A stretch of DNA of 64,000 nucleotides from the NCBI GenBank assembly GCA_964057225.1, contig OZ059895.1, positions 5,580,001-5,644,000 of the forward strand. Direction: 5' to 3'. Source of the DNA: Auanema rhodensis (Eukaryota > Animalia > Nematoda). Within the stretch, counting starts at the first letter, position 1, and each line of letters opens with the position of its first letter. Positions 13,656-36,878 of this stretch are shown here, in pieces. A model generated the notes under the pieces. That model was not told the DNA's origin. It did no database searches and worked only from the letters and a program-made list of their open reading frames with translations. Made by a program: the position numbers and the translations under genes.

Positions 13656-15665
13656 ATGATGGATGGAGCTAGTTCGCTAACACCATCCTCACCAGGCGGC
13701 GTCATGCCTTCCAACATTCAACAAGCAACATGCAATCCGATGCGATGGGCCCGTAAACCATGGCGTCATCTAGGTCTTTTTACTCGCGAAGAAGCTGTCG
13801 ATGTATGTTTTACAGAATCCAGTATCACAATGTACTGACATATAAAAAGAGAAAAACACACATAAGAATTTGATGAATGCGCACCATTTTCAGCTTCTTG
13901 CTCAACGATTTGTCTCCCAGAAGCGACGTGTTCAGATGCGTGGCTGCGTTCGAATTATCTATTACTGTCATGTACAACGAAGCAGTGGATGTCGTTATGA
14001 AATGAGTGTTTGTATTCCAAATAAAACTGAAGAAAAGGTGAAAATGATTTGTTTACCGTATTGAAATGAAAAAAAAAAACAAATTTTGTTCTCTATAAAT
14101 ATCTTTTCTATTATCTGGATTCTAATTATAGCTTCGTATTGATGATTACAATGTACATACGTGTAATTTGGATGAATCACGTCAAAAACGTCGAGCTAAG
14201 CCTCAAATTGAGGACTTCAATCGCCCTTTTGAGAAGAAGCGTTCACAAACTACTCAATCTCCTCCAGCTATTCCGAATGGTGAGATCATTTTTCAATTTT
14301 TTAAAACAACAGCTTATCAAGTAAACATCACACCATGAAGCCTAGTTTTTTATATTTTTTGAATATTTTTTCTCGAAAAAAACAAAAATCGACAAGTACA
14401 GCATCCGTTTTTCAGATTTATATACATTAGGAGAATCTGTTGTAAATCTGTTACAAGGACTTGAACGACCACAATCTCAATCCTTATCTGATCATTCCGT
14501 TAGTTTATTTCTTTAATTTGAAAACAATTTTTTTAAAACTAACTATATATATAGTTAAATATTTATAAAATATTATAGGAATTAAATAATGTTACATCTC
14601 CCTTAACAGCAACATCATCTACTAATGATAATCTAGCTTGTTTATTCTCTAATTCAATACTTGATACTAGAGGGGTATTTATTTATTTTTTATTTCAAAA
14701 ATTAAACTAAATTTTCTTCTTTTTGATTATAAAAATTATAAATTAATTATATTTTTAAATATAATGATTATTAAAGAAATTTATATGGAAAGAGGTGGAT
14801 ATTGATGTTTTGGATTTTTCAAATCGACCAGATGGTCAAAATAAATTTGTTTTTCATACAACTGATAAGGTATAATAAAAATAATTTTTATATTAAGCAT
14901 AATTAATATATTTGAATAGGGTTCACACTATTCATATGCTTCTCCTCTTATCTCATGTGAAGCTGATGTTGTATCTGAAGCATTATTAACAATGTTATAT
15001 CAATTTGGTTGTCCAACAACTATCTATGTTGATTTACAGTATAAAAGTAATATTTAATTTTTATAAATTAAATTATAAAAATAATAAATTAGATTCTAAT
15101 TTGGAATCATTAATTCATGAAGCTTTTCCTGATTTACATATCATATATCATCTACAACGACGTAATCAAGCTAATAATATCATAATTCAAAGGTATAGTT
15201 AATATTTTTTATTTTTTATTTTATAATAAAAATAATTTAAGACGTGAAAATATTTTAATAAAAGAACGAATATTAGCTTGGATGATGGAGAAACGCACAT
15301 CTGCTTGGGCTAAATACTTGCCGGCAATAAAATATTCACATAATACTGAATATTTAGATGAATTAGGTTAGTTATATGATATAGTTAATATTAAATAATA
15401 AATAAATATATATATATATATAATAAAATATTTATATAATTAAATTATAAAATGAAAAATGTATTATAGGTAGTACACCTATGAATTTGTTTTTTGCTCG
15501 CAGTCAGAATCAACCAGATGGTACATTAGAAGATGATTCATTAAGTGATACATCAAATGGTAAGATTTTAGAAATTATGTCATTATATTCAGCATAAATA
15601 ACAAATTTAATTTTCTTTTTTTTTCAGATTTAAAATACAATCGTAGTCCCTATCATGAGAGTTAA
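13656..15665 (+). CDS. Domesticated transposon-derived protein, 396 aa, 11 exons: MuDR/FAR1/WRKY-like C2HC zinc finger fused to a SCAND3/KRBA2 (Ginger2/TDD)-like integrase core
   Basis: Exons 13656-13802, 13894-14037, 14132-14279, 14416-14498, 14579-14674, 14777-14869, 14920-15046, 15093-15192, 15242-15366, 15470-15559, 15628-15665 (1191 nt, phases consistent). Zinc finger: LFTREEAVDLL...YYCHVQRSSGCRYEMSVCIPNKTEEKLRIDDYNVHTC. Integrase-like part: EVDIDVLDFSNRPDGQNKFVFHTTDKGSHYSYASPL...LYQFGCPTTIYVD...RENILIKERILAWM...WAKYLPAIKYSHNTEY...GSTPMNLFF. Confidence 0.88.
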
Positions 15666-16655
15666 GAGGTAAAACAAAAACTACTATATGTATAAGCATA
15701 ATATACAACTTAACTATTTGATCCGGTCATATAAAATATTATTTATTTATTATATTATCTTAAGAAATATAGATATACATATGTATATATATAATATAGA
15801 ATATTATAACGGGAAATTATATGAATTTTCATTATTTTATTACTTTATATTATAAAAACAAAATCTTTATTATCATATAGATATCTGTAAAATATATTTA
15901 AAATTCCATTTCTTTTGAAACATAATAATATCAAATATAATATATACTTGTTTACAAAATAACTGAATAAACATGATTTTTACGTAAAATTACGTAAAGT
16001 ATTACCCTGGCAGTATGATCGGACACTATATAAAACATAGATTAACCAAAGAAAATACAAGAACGAACCGAAATATCGAGATCACATAATATTCCATGAT
16101 ATTGATTAATAATATTATATATATACATACATATATATTAATATTATTAAATGTAAAAAATATATATTCAAGAATAAGAGAAAAAGAAATAAAGAGAATT
16201 GAAATTTAAAAAATAAAATATATTAATTATTCAAAATAGGGAATGTTATATCAAAGTGATAATATTCAAATAATGAGATAGAATAACTAACTTAGTTATT
16301 ATATACTTCATATAAGCATATTTAAAATTAAAGTTTTAGTAAAATAAAAATTAAAAACAGATTGTCATAGATATTTAAATAGTCACAAAATAGTCCTGAG
16401 AAGAAATTGCTTATAATTAGATATTTAAGGATTATATTGCAACTACAACCAATGTATCCAAATAAAAGAATAAGGAGAGAGAGAGAAAGAGAGAGAATGA
16501 GGGATAGATGGAGGGGGAAGAGGTTTAGAAACATGTATATACACGAAGATTTGAATGACGTTTGAAAAATGAATTAATGTCAAATTTAGAATCCTTTGCT
16601 CTCGTAATTACAAAGTTTTTATGAAAAGAAATAGAGTCATGCCAGATATGAAAGC

Positions 16656-25076
<8,421 letters not shown>

Positions 25077-25518
25077 CTATGAATGAAGGAACAGAAAAGC
25101 ACCTACGATATAGAAGGTGGAACAGAATGTTTAAGAGAAGATTTAAGTAATTAATAGAATATATAGATAAGTAGAAGATAATATATTTTATTATATAATA
25201 TTAATACTGAATTCTCGATACAATCAATAATGAAACTGAAGACACAGCAGCAGATTCCTTAAGTTATCTGAAATAAAAATTATTTATATGTCTTCAGACA
25301 AAGGTATATACGGCAACGAAGAGTAAAAATAGATTTCAATTATAATTGAACATGAAACATACAAAGATTTTTAAAGAAATTCAATAATGTTTTGAAATGT
25401 AAAGGTGACATTATCGTTTTCTTATTTTCTCTGTGCTTAGTACCACCTCAATGATTACTTTCAAACTTTAGCTTTCAAATTTTGGCTTATCGGGTTTATA
25501 GGAATGTTACAGTTACAT

Positions 25519-25563
<45 letters not shown>

Positions 25564-26140
25564 AGAGAGAGAGAGAGATTGACAGAGAGAGAAAAATAAA
25601 GGAATGTTAAGTCAATCTGGTGTACGGAAGTTCAGAGATATACCTTAAATATAAAATTTAATTGATGCTGTTACTTCAAATCTTCGCAAAATTAAAAAAA
25701 TAAAACTTTCAATGTCCCCAAATTATCTTATTTGGGAAGATGAAAAAAGAGAATAAAGAAAGGAAAATGTAAACTACAATGTAAATGAGAAGCTAAGTGG
25801 CAAGAGAAGAAAACTTCTGCTCTCACGACAGAGGCAGACGATCACGAAATGCCCGTCAACGACATCTACAAGCAGAACGACAATGACGGTGGAGGAGGCT
25901 ATCGACAATGCTCTCATGATGATGTTATTCCTTACTGAATTGCTGACGATAACGATTCAGATAAGGAAGTAAAACATATTAAAGATCGTTCAACTTGATG
26001 CTATGTTATTCAATCAGATTGTGCTTTTCACAAGTAAAATGTTTAGTTTTTATAATAATATTCAAAGAATTATAAGACAAGCGTTCTACGAACTAAACAG
26101 AAAGATATAATTAAAGAGAGAAATATAAAGATAAAGAGCG

Positions 26141-26214
26141 AAAGAGAGAGAAAGAGAGAGAGAGAGAAAGAGAGAGAGAGAAAGAGAGAGAGAGAAAGAG
26201 AGAGAGAGAAAGAG
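26141..26214 (+). repeat. GA-derived tandem repeat, unit about AAAGAGAGAGAGAG (14 bp)
   Basis: Periodic AAA interruptions in a GA tract. Confidence 0.8.
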
Positions 26215-26620
26215 TTGAACTTTTCAGATTTATTGAAACCATAATCCTATACGAAAGACTATTAATGAAACGACTTCAAGAAATTCTTTTCATGCTTTCA
26301 TACACTTCCTCAATTACCTTCTGGTGTCATCATTTCGTTGTATTCGAAAGGGAGGGTCTCTCTGTTTCTCCATCTACTGGATTCTCTCATTTTCATTGTT
26401 TTTCCGTATACGAGAATATTTTGAAATAATAATGAGCTTTGCGACGTGTAAGAAACATCAAGAAAAATAAAGAAGAAATTAAAATAAAAAAAAAGTAAAA
26501 AAAGTAAGAAGAAAATTAAAAGAAATGACGATTCATCTATTTCTTCAGACAACATACATACATACATACATATATGTATATAAGAGGTATGTCATGATAT
26601 ATAAGAAATAGAGGGAATTG

Positions 26621-26671
<51 letters not shown>

Positions 26672-27686
26672 AGGGAGGGAGGGAGGAAGTACTAAGGCAA
26701 CAGATAGATGAAACAGAAAAGAGGGAAAACCAAAAATGAGATGAAAGAAAAGTACAAAATCATTTTAATCTTGAGTAAAAGTGGTAGATGAGGTTCATAG
26801 ACATATTAACTAAACGTATAGTAAAACGTGTATAACATAATTTCATATATACAATACTATGTATATAGCCTGAGGGAGTTATATGTGATCATATTCTGTT
26901 ATGTGATATGCTTGATCAGAGACTAGAAAGAGTTATTAAAGGAAAAAAGGAAAATAACAGTGTACTTTGCTTTGAGTGAAAAGTTTACGTGAATAAAACA
27001 CATACGTATATGAGATAGTATGTATCTCTGGCATCATTCTCTCTCTCTCTCTCTCCCTCTCTCTCTCGTTCCCTTTATGTATTTTTGTATTATTCTGCCT
27101 TCTTAAACTCTTGATATTTAATATTTTCTCTGAATCTGCCTACATTCCTTCTGATGCTTCACCTCATTTTGACGAATATGGGATCAGCTTTTGATGTACT
27201 GGAGATGATGATGTTGGTGTCTGCTATTTTAAAAGTGAAAGATAAGGAGGGAAAAAGGACGAAGATGAGAAACAAAGGTTTGGTTTGATGTATCTTGAGT
27301 ATTCGAAAGAGGAAGACATCAAGATGATGAGAACAAGAAATGGTTAGCTTATTCTTGAAACGAATGACAAACTAGCTGACCCTTCTTCAGTCATTCAGAT
27401 GAGGATTGTAGTTTCATTTTCTCTTACAACCTTCATCTCTTCTGTCTTCTCTACCACCACTTTTTCTCTGTTCTTATTGTCTTTTCTAATGCTATTCCAT
27501 TTCGTTCAACTTTCGAAAGAAGCAAACCATTTTTGAAATTGAAATACATACGTATGCTATGCTGCTAAGAGGCAATGTCAAAAAAACTTAAAAGAAAAAT
27601 GAAGGAAAAGCTTAGAAGATGGAAAGTAAATGTGATAGAGAGAGAAGTAAATTTTTTCAAAGGTGAGATAAGATAATCAAAAGCAA

Positions 27687-27744
<58 letters not shown>

Positions 27745-28165
27745 AAGAATTGAAATAGAAAAGAAGAAAAAAGAGATGGAGAATGTATATTGAAGACGAT
27801 AGAAAGACCATGAAATGAAAGAGACTAAAGACGATACAAGGGTCAAAGGATGTGAGAGAAGCTGTGAAAATATTCTTTTTGGAAAGCCTCGACAAAGATC
27901 ATTATGTCATGATGGACAACAATGACAACGAAGTTGACGTCGGAAAGCATGACGCTATAGGAGTTAAAGAGGAAGGAAAAAAAATTTTCAATAGATTTGA
28001 CGCCAAAGAAATGAATGTCGACGTGAAAAACTTCCAATTCACGTTTCACGTATAACATTTAAACTTCAAATTTTAAGCTTTTTTTGCTTTAATGAGAGAA
28101 AGGTAAAGAATTATTATAAATAATAAAAAGAATATTATAAAAGAATATATTAAACTATAACTATA

Positions 28166-28201
<36 letters not shown>

Positions 28202-28646
28202 TATAAAAAAAATGTTTTTTTTCTCCTCAATTATGAAATCAGATGAGACAAAGGCAGGAAAAATAGGTTTTCAAACGATATATTTCGCTCCATAATTACT
28301 GTGAAGGATAGACGAAATTGCAGTTTCAAAGGATGATTTTGAGCAGATAGTTTTGTTGTTTAAAATCTTTTTTTTTATAAAAAAAAACGAAAATTAAATG
28401 AGAATATTCTGAAATATATTGGACTTTGAGCTCAAGTTGCTGGAAGGAGAAGAAGAAGCTTATGGAGAGGGGGTGGCTGGGTAATGCGGTGTAGTGAGGG
28501 AGGAGGGAGGAGGCGGAAGACTTGCTGATATGAGTTGGAGAGACTGGAACTGGAATGAAGGGCCCATAAAGACATATTCAGTTTTGTGTCTAAAACCATA
28601 ACTTGCTTGAATACTTTCTTCAAAAGAAAATAATGAGAGAGTTACT

Positions 28647-28697
<51 letters not shown>

Positions 28698-31045
28698 TAA
28701 GATCTGAGGAGGTATTACTAGGGAATGATGAAGAAATAATGAGAGAAACCTAGATATATGCAGACAATATTGGAGAAACAGAGGAACATACATATATATT
28801 CAAGGATAATAGAGAAATACTAGCAAATTAGCTGAATTTTAAAAGAAATTGATGCCGTTGATGTCCGTACAAGTGTGCATGTGATACCTAGGCTTGGCCT
28901 CTCTCTCTCTCTCATCTCTCTCTGCCTGTCTCTTGCTTGATCTCTCCTTTTCTTTTTCTTTTTAAATTTTTTAATTCTTTCCTGCTCTCCTTTTTGTTCA
29001 CAATCTTTTGTACCACTGTACCACGTACGGTCCTCAGTACTTCACATTTATCATTCAAAAGCATTTTCCAACTTGCTTCTTCGTCTCCTTTTGCCGCATT
29101 CCCTCTTTTCTTTTTCTGTTTAATTGTGTTGTCATTTTCTTTCTTTTTCACCTTTTGCCTCAAAAAGACAGCTGTTTTCATTAGATTTTCATGCATATAC
29201 CACTTTTTGGTCAAGAAAATATGAAATTATAAATTGAAAATTATTATGACGTCATTCAAAGTAAATCAGTTAATTTGTGAAATTGTAACAAATTGAATAG
29301 TTAATTTTGAATAGAATAACTAAAGAAAATTTAAAATAAATGATGAACTAAATTAATTAAAATATTGAAGAATCATATAGTATGATGTTTCAAAGTTAAC
29401 TATTTGATATTCCTTTGTTTCTGAAAATAAAAATAAATAAAAATATAAATTAGCATAACGAATAAGAAAAAGAAACAACAATAACGATGAAAAGCGACAA
29501 CGATGATGAGGAGGGAGGAGAATGAAAGGTTGTGAAGCAAAGGTACATACACATTCTCGATGTTACTGTGTGTCCTTGACGGGCAGTCTAAGAATTCAGA
29601 AGGATGTGAATGAGAAGAAGAAGAAGGAGATGAGGGAATATAATGAAACATACATGAGTATTTAGTATGAAAAGTAGAAAAGTTATTATTTAAACAGATT
29701 TCAAACTTTATAATTAAGCTGATAACATATTTATTTATTTAAAATATAAAAAGGTTATAATAATTTATATGTAATAAAAAGATTTCTTATAAAATCAAAA
29801 GTTAAAGTTTCATCTGATAAATCCTTTGTTGTACTTGGATTGTATCTTATCATCCTGGATTTCATGTTTCCTTTTATCAGAATTATTTTTAAAAGTTGTT
29901 TAAGAATGCTTAAACCATCTTGTTTGGAAAAGATTACGGTAGAGTTTAGGAGATCAGATACAATGAGATGTATGTGATAGGTTGATGGTGAAGTAAATAG
30001 AAAAAGTAGGTTGTAAGAGTTGAACGGAGAAATGAAATTAAAAAAAAAAGTTTGAAAAAACCTGAAGATAAGAGAAGAAAATAGATTTGGGAGTATGTGG
30101 GTGGTTGTGGTTCGAAAATGAAAAACTACTGGCCAGTGTTAGAGAAATGGATAAGATGAGAGAATAAGAAAGATAAAAAGATGGAAGAATACATGAAAAT
30201 GAAATAGAGAGTAAGGAAGATGAGACGTTTATGTGAAAACATGTGGCTGTAGTGAAGGGTAGGTCGTTGATAAAAAGAACTTTTCATCTTTGCTTCAGAT
30301 TGTTGATGTTTATATGAGAATGTGGGTGGCAAAATCTGTGGATTAGCTGTAAAAGCATCATGAAAGCTAAGCATGTATGTAAGAAATATTCTAAGAAAAA
30401 GCTTCACAAAGATTTTATATACGACAATGATAATGACGACAACGTCAGATGTATAGTTATATATAACTATATATATTATATCCATTTGTTGATGAAAATA
30501 AAAAAAAATAACATTAGATTGAATTCTTAGGGATTGTAGACGAAAAAAAAGTTTTTTTTTTTATTTCCGTCCGTAATTTCTTTTTTTTTCGTCAGTTTTC
30601 TTGCTCGTCTATGTCTTGCTCCTCCTAATTCAAGGAGCCTTTTCTCTAGAGCCTTACTCGCCAGGAAAAGAGAGAACAAGAAAAGATAGAGAGAGAGAGA
30701 GGGAGAGAATATGACTCTTTCCTTGTTTAAAAGAAATAAAAACGTTTTTAATCGTTTTTACCTAAAAAATTGAGGGTGGAAAAAAGAAAGATATTCATTG
30801 TAATAGTTAACTAGTAAACTATGCCATTTTTTCTGGAATAAATATAGAAAAGAAGGCAAAAAGAAAGAAAAACGAAGTAGAAGATGAACATGAAGATGAA
30901 GATGTATTGACAATGAAGGAGAACTGAAGACATTTTTTAAAAATTAAATTTTCCGTCGTTTTTCTCTTGTCTGATGTCAAAAGTGCTCTTTATAGAGTGA
31001 GCGAAATGAGGAAGAGAATGGCATTACGAGACATGAAGAGAATAA

Positions 31046-31114
<69 letters not shown>

Positions 31115-32215
31115 GAGAGAAAATGATAGAATAAGCGAGGGAGGGAGAAAGTACTGGCCAAGAAGATGTCTGCAAAATAGATAGAAATACGCTGTGAAAA
31201 ATCAGCATTTTGCTTCATAAAATATATAAAATATACTGAGAATTTGGATTTAAATCGGATTAATATGCCAATTAATTAACATTTTCGTAATAGTTAATAG
31301 TAGTTAGTCTTCATAATTTGATAATTTATATCTAATCCGTATAGAGATTAGAGTTGAATTGAAAAAAAGGAAAATTTTGACGTTAAAGGAGATAACGACG
31401 TCAATCTGGTAAGATATGTGTATATTGAAGATGATTTAGAATGAATATTAGTAATATAAAAGATACAAAGAAATGAAGAAAACAGAAGAAAAATGAAGAA
31501 GAAAGTCACTAAGCTAATAAGTTGAAGGCAAGTTGAAGACAAACTTCAAAAAAGTATTAGAGAGAAAGAGAGAAAATTAGAGAAATGAGTTGAATTAGAT
31601 AATGCATATTCGCATGCAAATTAGAAATAATTAAAGGAAATATAAAACAAAAAAATCATTTTTTTTTTCAAAAAATTAGAAGAAATGGATAGAAAGAGAG
31701 AGAGAGAAGTAGTTAACCATTCCATTTGAGCAATGTCTGAATATCCGCCGGTTTTCAACTTGTTCTCAAGTTTTAAAGTTTATGAGAAAAATTGTTATAA
31801 AAATAACGATGATAAAGATTAAAAATCATTATTTTCAAGATTCTTTAGTATCGGTCGGAAGGAGATATCTATAATAATGATGTTGATCAAACATATATAT
31901 CATAACTATTAAATTATAAATTATAAGAAAGAAGAGCAATAGAAGATTCTATGATTAAAAGAAAAAAATAGAAAGAGGGTGGAGAGAATAGAATGAAAAG
32001 AGGTGGGAATGAATTGAAATGCAAAAGTTGAACGGACGTTGACGGGTTTGACGATTACAAGGCTTGAACAGGCTTTTGGGAACATACAATCAAAGGCATG
32101 AAGATAATAAAATCATTGGAAGAAGTTGTTTCAAAGCTAAACCAACAATATAACAAAAAAAAACATTTTTTCTGAATAATAGAGGATACTAGCAGAGAGA
32201 GAGAGAGGAGGGGGG

Positions 32216-32273
<58 letters not shown>

Positions 32274-33556
32274 CGGGAGGAGGAAAATCATGCAAAACGT
32301 TGAATGATCGAAAAACAGAAGAAGAGGAAGGATTAATGATTGAAGTAAATGAAATGTTTCTAAAGTACTAAACTGATAATTAATGAAAAGAATATGAGTT
32401 GAGGAACTTTCTCTTCATAAACATGAATGTTTGCAAAAATTATTTAAATAAATGATAAGAAAACATGTGAAATACTTTACCGATAACTTAGTTTATAAAG
32501 GATATGAGAATGATTATCGTTTAGGGCGGAGATTTATATAAAGATGATGATGATGCTGTAGGTTTTCAAACCTTTTAAGACTCATTATCTCTAACAATAT
32601 ATATATATTATAATATTAATATTCTTTCAATATAAGAATAAAGAAAAAGAAAAAAATGAATAAATGAGCTCAAAAGAAGATCAGGATTATCCTAGATTTC
32701 TGACGAAAAGTATGATTGACGATAATTTTTCGTCAGGTTTGACGTTCACACTTGGTGCAAAAGCATTGCCGACGGCTAACAATACGAGATTAGATAAATG
32801 ATTGAATGAAATGAGATTTTGGAAGTTAAATACGTAATTTGGATGATGATTATAATAGTATATAGATTAAAGAACAACATTAATAATAAATATTATATTT
32901 AGATAATAATAGTTAAAAAAGATTTTCTTTTGATTTAAATATGAAATGAAAGTATTCTTGCCACCAATGGACTCGATCTTTTGAACTTTCTCTCTCTTTC
33001 TCTCTCTCTCTCTCTTTGAACCCTTGCCTTTTCTTTTCAAGAATAAAGGAAATTTGAATTGTTGTCAAGGAAGTACTCTAAGCATTGAAGTTGCTTTAAC
33101 CTATTCTGCTCCTGTTTATTGTTGGATGATCTGCTTTTGAGCTTTGTGGGCATGAAATTGAAGACGCTGGGGGCAGAGCACTGGGGAGGTGAAAATGGAA
33201 GACGGGAAGATAAGGCAAATGATATGCTTTCAGCGAGTAGGGCATCGAACGAAGCTTAGGAATTGCCTCTAGGCATCAGGAACAGTTGACATCATTGGAC
33301 AGGCCAGGCGTATAAGAGGCTGAGAGTTAAATCTGATGAATCGTGTTAGCCTTGAGTAGGAAGTAAAGATATTCTAAATATTGAAGAAGAAGGAAGGAAA
33401 GGGGATACGCAGTTTTTTGGCTTAAAGCCAGGTTAGAGTAGTGACTCAGACATCATTATACATCTAATGAAATACTTAGAAGAGAAGGAAATTTAGATAT
33501 ACTAGAATAAGAACATTGATCAACTTGTTAAGGTTTTTTGGAAGATATTTAGAAAG

Positions 33557-33619
<63 letters not shown>

Positions 33620-34238
33620 AAGATGGATATACATAGGTAGTGATCGAAATTGAGGTGTAAAGGAGATATAGAGGTAGTACTAGAAAGATAGAAAGTCATA
33701 AATGAGGGAAACTACTGAAAAACAATATTTATTTTCATGGGAATCCGATAAAACAGTATTCTCAATTGAATTCTACTGCAACTGTAAATATTCAAGATCA
33801 GTCTAAGTTTGTGTGCTCTTTTGAGCATTAATTTCAAGTTTTTGTTTTCTTTTTATTTTCAAATAAATATGACAAGAAAAAACACGAAAAAATGTATTTT
33901 CAGTATTGAGCACAAAAGGTTGGCAACAGAGAAGAAAAAGAAGAAGGAATGCTTCAGATGCAGGAGACGAAGAGGTGAAACGACGAAAATGCATAACGAA
34001 TCAACGATTTTTTTGTTTAAAATATGAAGAAAACAATATGAGAACATCATTGACTATTCAACATCAAGTTTTCGTTTTTTTTTCGGAAACTGAAAACTTT
34101 TTTCTCAACTAATTATTATCCAATTATTATCTCTAAAAATAGAAAAAGGAAGAAAAAGAAAGAGAGAGAGAAAGAGATAACGAGATAGTTGATCAAAGGA
34201 AAAAAGATATATTCATTGACACAGATATATAACTATAT

Positions 34239-34242
<4 letters not shown>

Positions 34243-34302
<60 letters not shown>

Positions 34303-34328
34303 AAGAGAGAGAAAGAGAGAAAGAGAGA
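34243..34328 (+). repeat. (GA)n microsatellite with AAAGAGAGAG tail
   Basis: Direct inspection. Confidence 0.9.
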
Positions 34329-35611
34329 TTAGGAGGAGAAAGAAATAGAAAGTACTATCCTAATGTGCACTATGTGAAAACGATTATGGATGATGTCAAT
34401 ACGTTTAGCAACCAATAGAAACGGGTTGCAACATAGTCCCGGATGAAGTTTACAAGCATCAGCTCTGTATTGAGTATGTAGATGAGCAGGAATGCAGAAG
34501 GAGCTTCAAGTTTACGTTGAGCTCTGCTGAATGCGGCAGACACGTGGACTTGTATGCAGTATGCATGTGTGTATGTGTGTTTTTGCATGAACAGCGTCAT
34601 GTTCATGCTATCGCTGATCTGAACGAAGCATAAGAGGATATGCTGCAGAAGTTTGCATATAGCATCACGTACTACATAATAATCTGCTACTTCATCATTA
34701 AAATGCATAAAGTGGAAGTGAGGATATTCATTGTCGTCGTCATCATCATCATCATCATCAGATTGAATGTAGAATATGATTGTTGTACCGTTCATTATAT
34801 GAAGCCATGCATGTTATCCAGGTGTTACATCATTATGTATGAAGTGATAGTGATCATTATAAGCTGCTAACTAATTTGGCTTCGATACATCACACAGAAA
34901 CTTGATCACATGCCTGATAAACGTAGCAAAAAGTGATATAGAGAAAGATTTGAAGAGAAAGAGAGAAGCAGAGATTAAGAAAGAGGGTAATATCTAATGT
35001 CGTCTGCCGTTTTAGCGACCTCATAATGATCATCCTAGCTTTTTCTTCTCCTTCCTGTATTTGATGGCAAAAAAAAAAAGAAAATAGATGAATTGAATTT
35101 ATCTCTAATATATATTTTTTTCTATATACATATATATAAAACCTATAAATAGCTTATAAGGTTATAATAATAAAAATAAATTATATAGTTAGCTGATTAG
35201 TTAGTTCAAAGCTATTAATAGTTTTTTTTTTCTAATTTTTTTCTTTTAAAAGAGTTTTAATTCGATTTCGTATATTGTTTCAAGACGATGTCATCGAATA
35301 CGAATGAATAAATGGAATGAAATACTAAAAAATCTTGATTTTTGAATTTCCCAAATTTTGATTTTAAGAAATAAATTTTTCTTTTATTACTTGTAAAAGC
35401 AGAGAAATGGGAATAAAGAGTAATTCCCATATGTAGTTATGATATAAGGTAAAGAAGAATATTGATATTTGATTTTTATTTTTATATTTCCTTCAAAGGA
35501 CATAATAATCGAAAAAAAGTTGAAATATACGTGAAATACACGTGAAATATAAGTGAAACTATTCAAATTTTAATGAAGCACAAACGGCAAACGTTGAGTC
35601 GGATTCATGGT

Positions 35612-35613
<2 letters not shown>

Positions 35614-35685
<72 letters not shown>
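35614..35685 (+). repeat. (GA)n microsatellite
   Basis: Direct inspection. Confidence 0.95.
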
Positions 35686-35688
<3 letters not shown>

Positions 35689-36778
35689 AGGAGGGAGGGA
35701 GAAAATGAGCGTTTTGCAGCTAGCTACTAGCAAGCTTTTCTCTGAAACAGACTTCAATACAAAAAAATTATTTTTTTTTGAAATCGACGAAAGACAAAGT
35801 TGAAAACGAAAAGAAAACAAACAAATGAAGAAAATATTTTGGAAAATCTAATGTTGAGAAGACGATTACATAGAAAAGGAGAAAAAAAAACGAAAAACTA
35901 AATATCATAATAATAATAATATGAAAATTTGTAGCAAAAACAATTCGCATACAATATTTGGAAAGTACGGAAAAAACAACAAATAGTTCATTTGAAACAT
36001 ACACGAAAATGAAAATATTTAATACAAAATGGTAAATAGAGATTATGAGGAAAGGGGTGAAAGAAATATGAAGTAATATTGAGATAAAGAGTATTCGATA
36101 AGATGAGTAAGTAGTAAGCTTGGTCAGCTAAGAGAAGTTGATTGTTGCATTCGTCATACTAAGTCTAAACTGATCGTTTTAGATATGACGTTTTATCGTG
36201 GCTGGACCTATTTTGTGAGACATTTTTGGTCTTAGATGCCAAGAGAGGAAACGAAAGAAAGCTGCGCTAGCTGATGATGAGATTATGAAAAATTTATGAG
36301 AAAAGAGGCGGCTGAAAAAATGTGTTGTGCTGGTACCACATCTGGGATTAGATAAGTTGTTTTAGCTTTTTTTGCTCCCTTGCACCCTTTTCTCTATTTC
36401 CACTTTCTTTCTTTCACTTTCTCTCTCTCTCTTTCTCTTTTATCTTTCTCTTTTTCCATCACCTTCTATCTCCCTCTTCTCCCCTCTCTCTCTTATTCTT
36501 CTACTATTTTCATTTGTTGGGCTATCTCTTTGGACTCATTTGTTAAGGTATAACCGGAAGAGGAAAGAGACCGGAGAAGGGTTTGAGGTATATCTTTCTT
36601 GGAGTGTGTTACGTGAGATTTCCTGTGAAAACAAGATATTCGTTGTAGACAACGTATGATCAAGTGCACAAACGGTCTGCACTTTTCTAAATAATTCAAA
36701 GAATTCTTTAATTTGTCTTTGTCAAATTGATCTTAAATTTTTGCATTTGAAGCACAAAAAAATACACAGAAATGGGTG

Positions 36779-36781
<3 letters not shown>

Positions 36782-36855
<74 letters not shown>

Positions 36856-36878
36856 AGAGAGAGAGAGAGAAGGAGAGA
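36782..36878 (+). repeat. (GA)n microsatellite
   Basis: Direct inspection. Confidence 0.95.
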
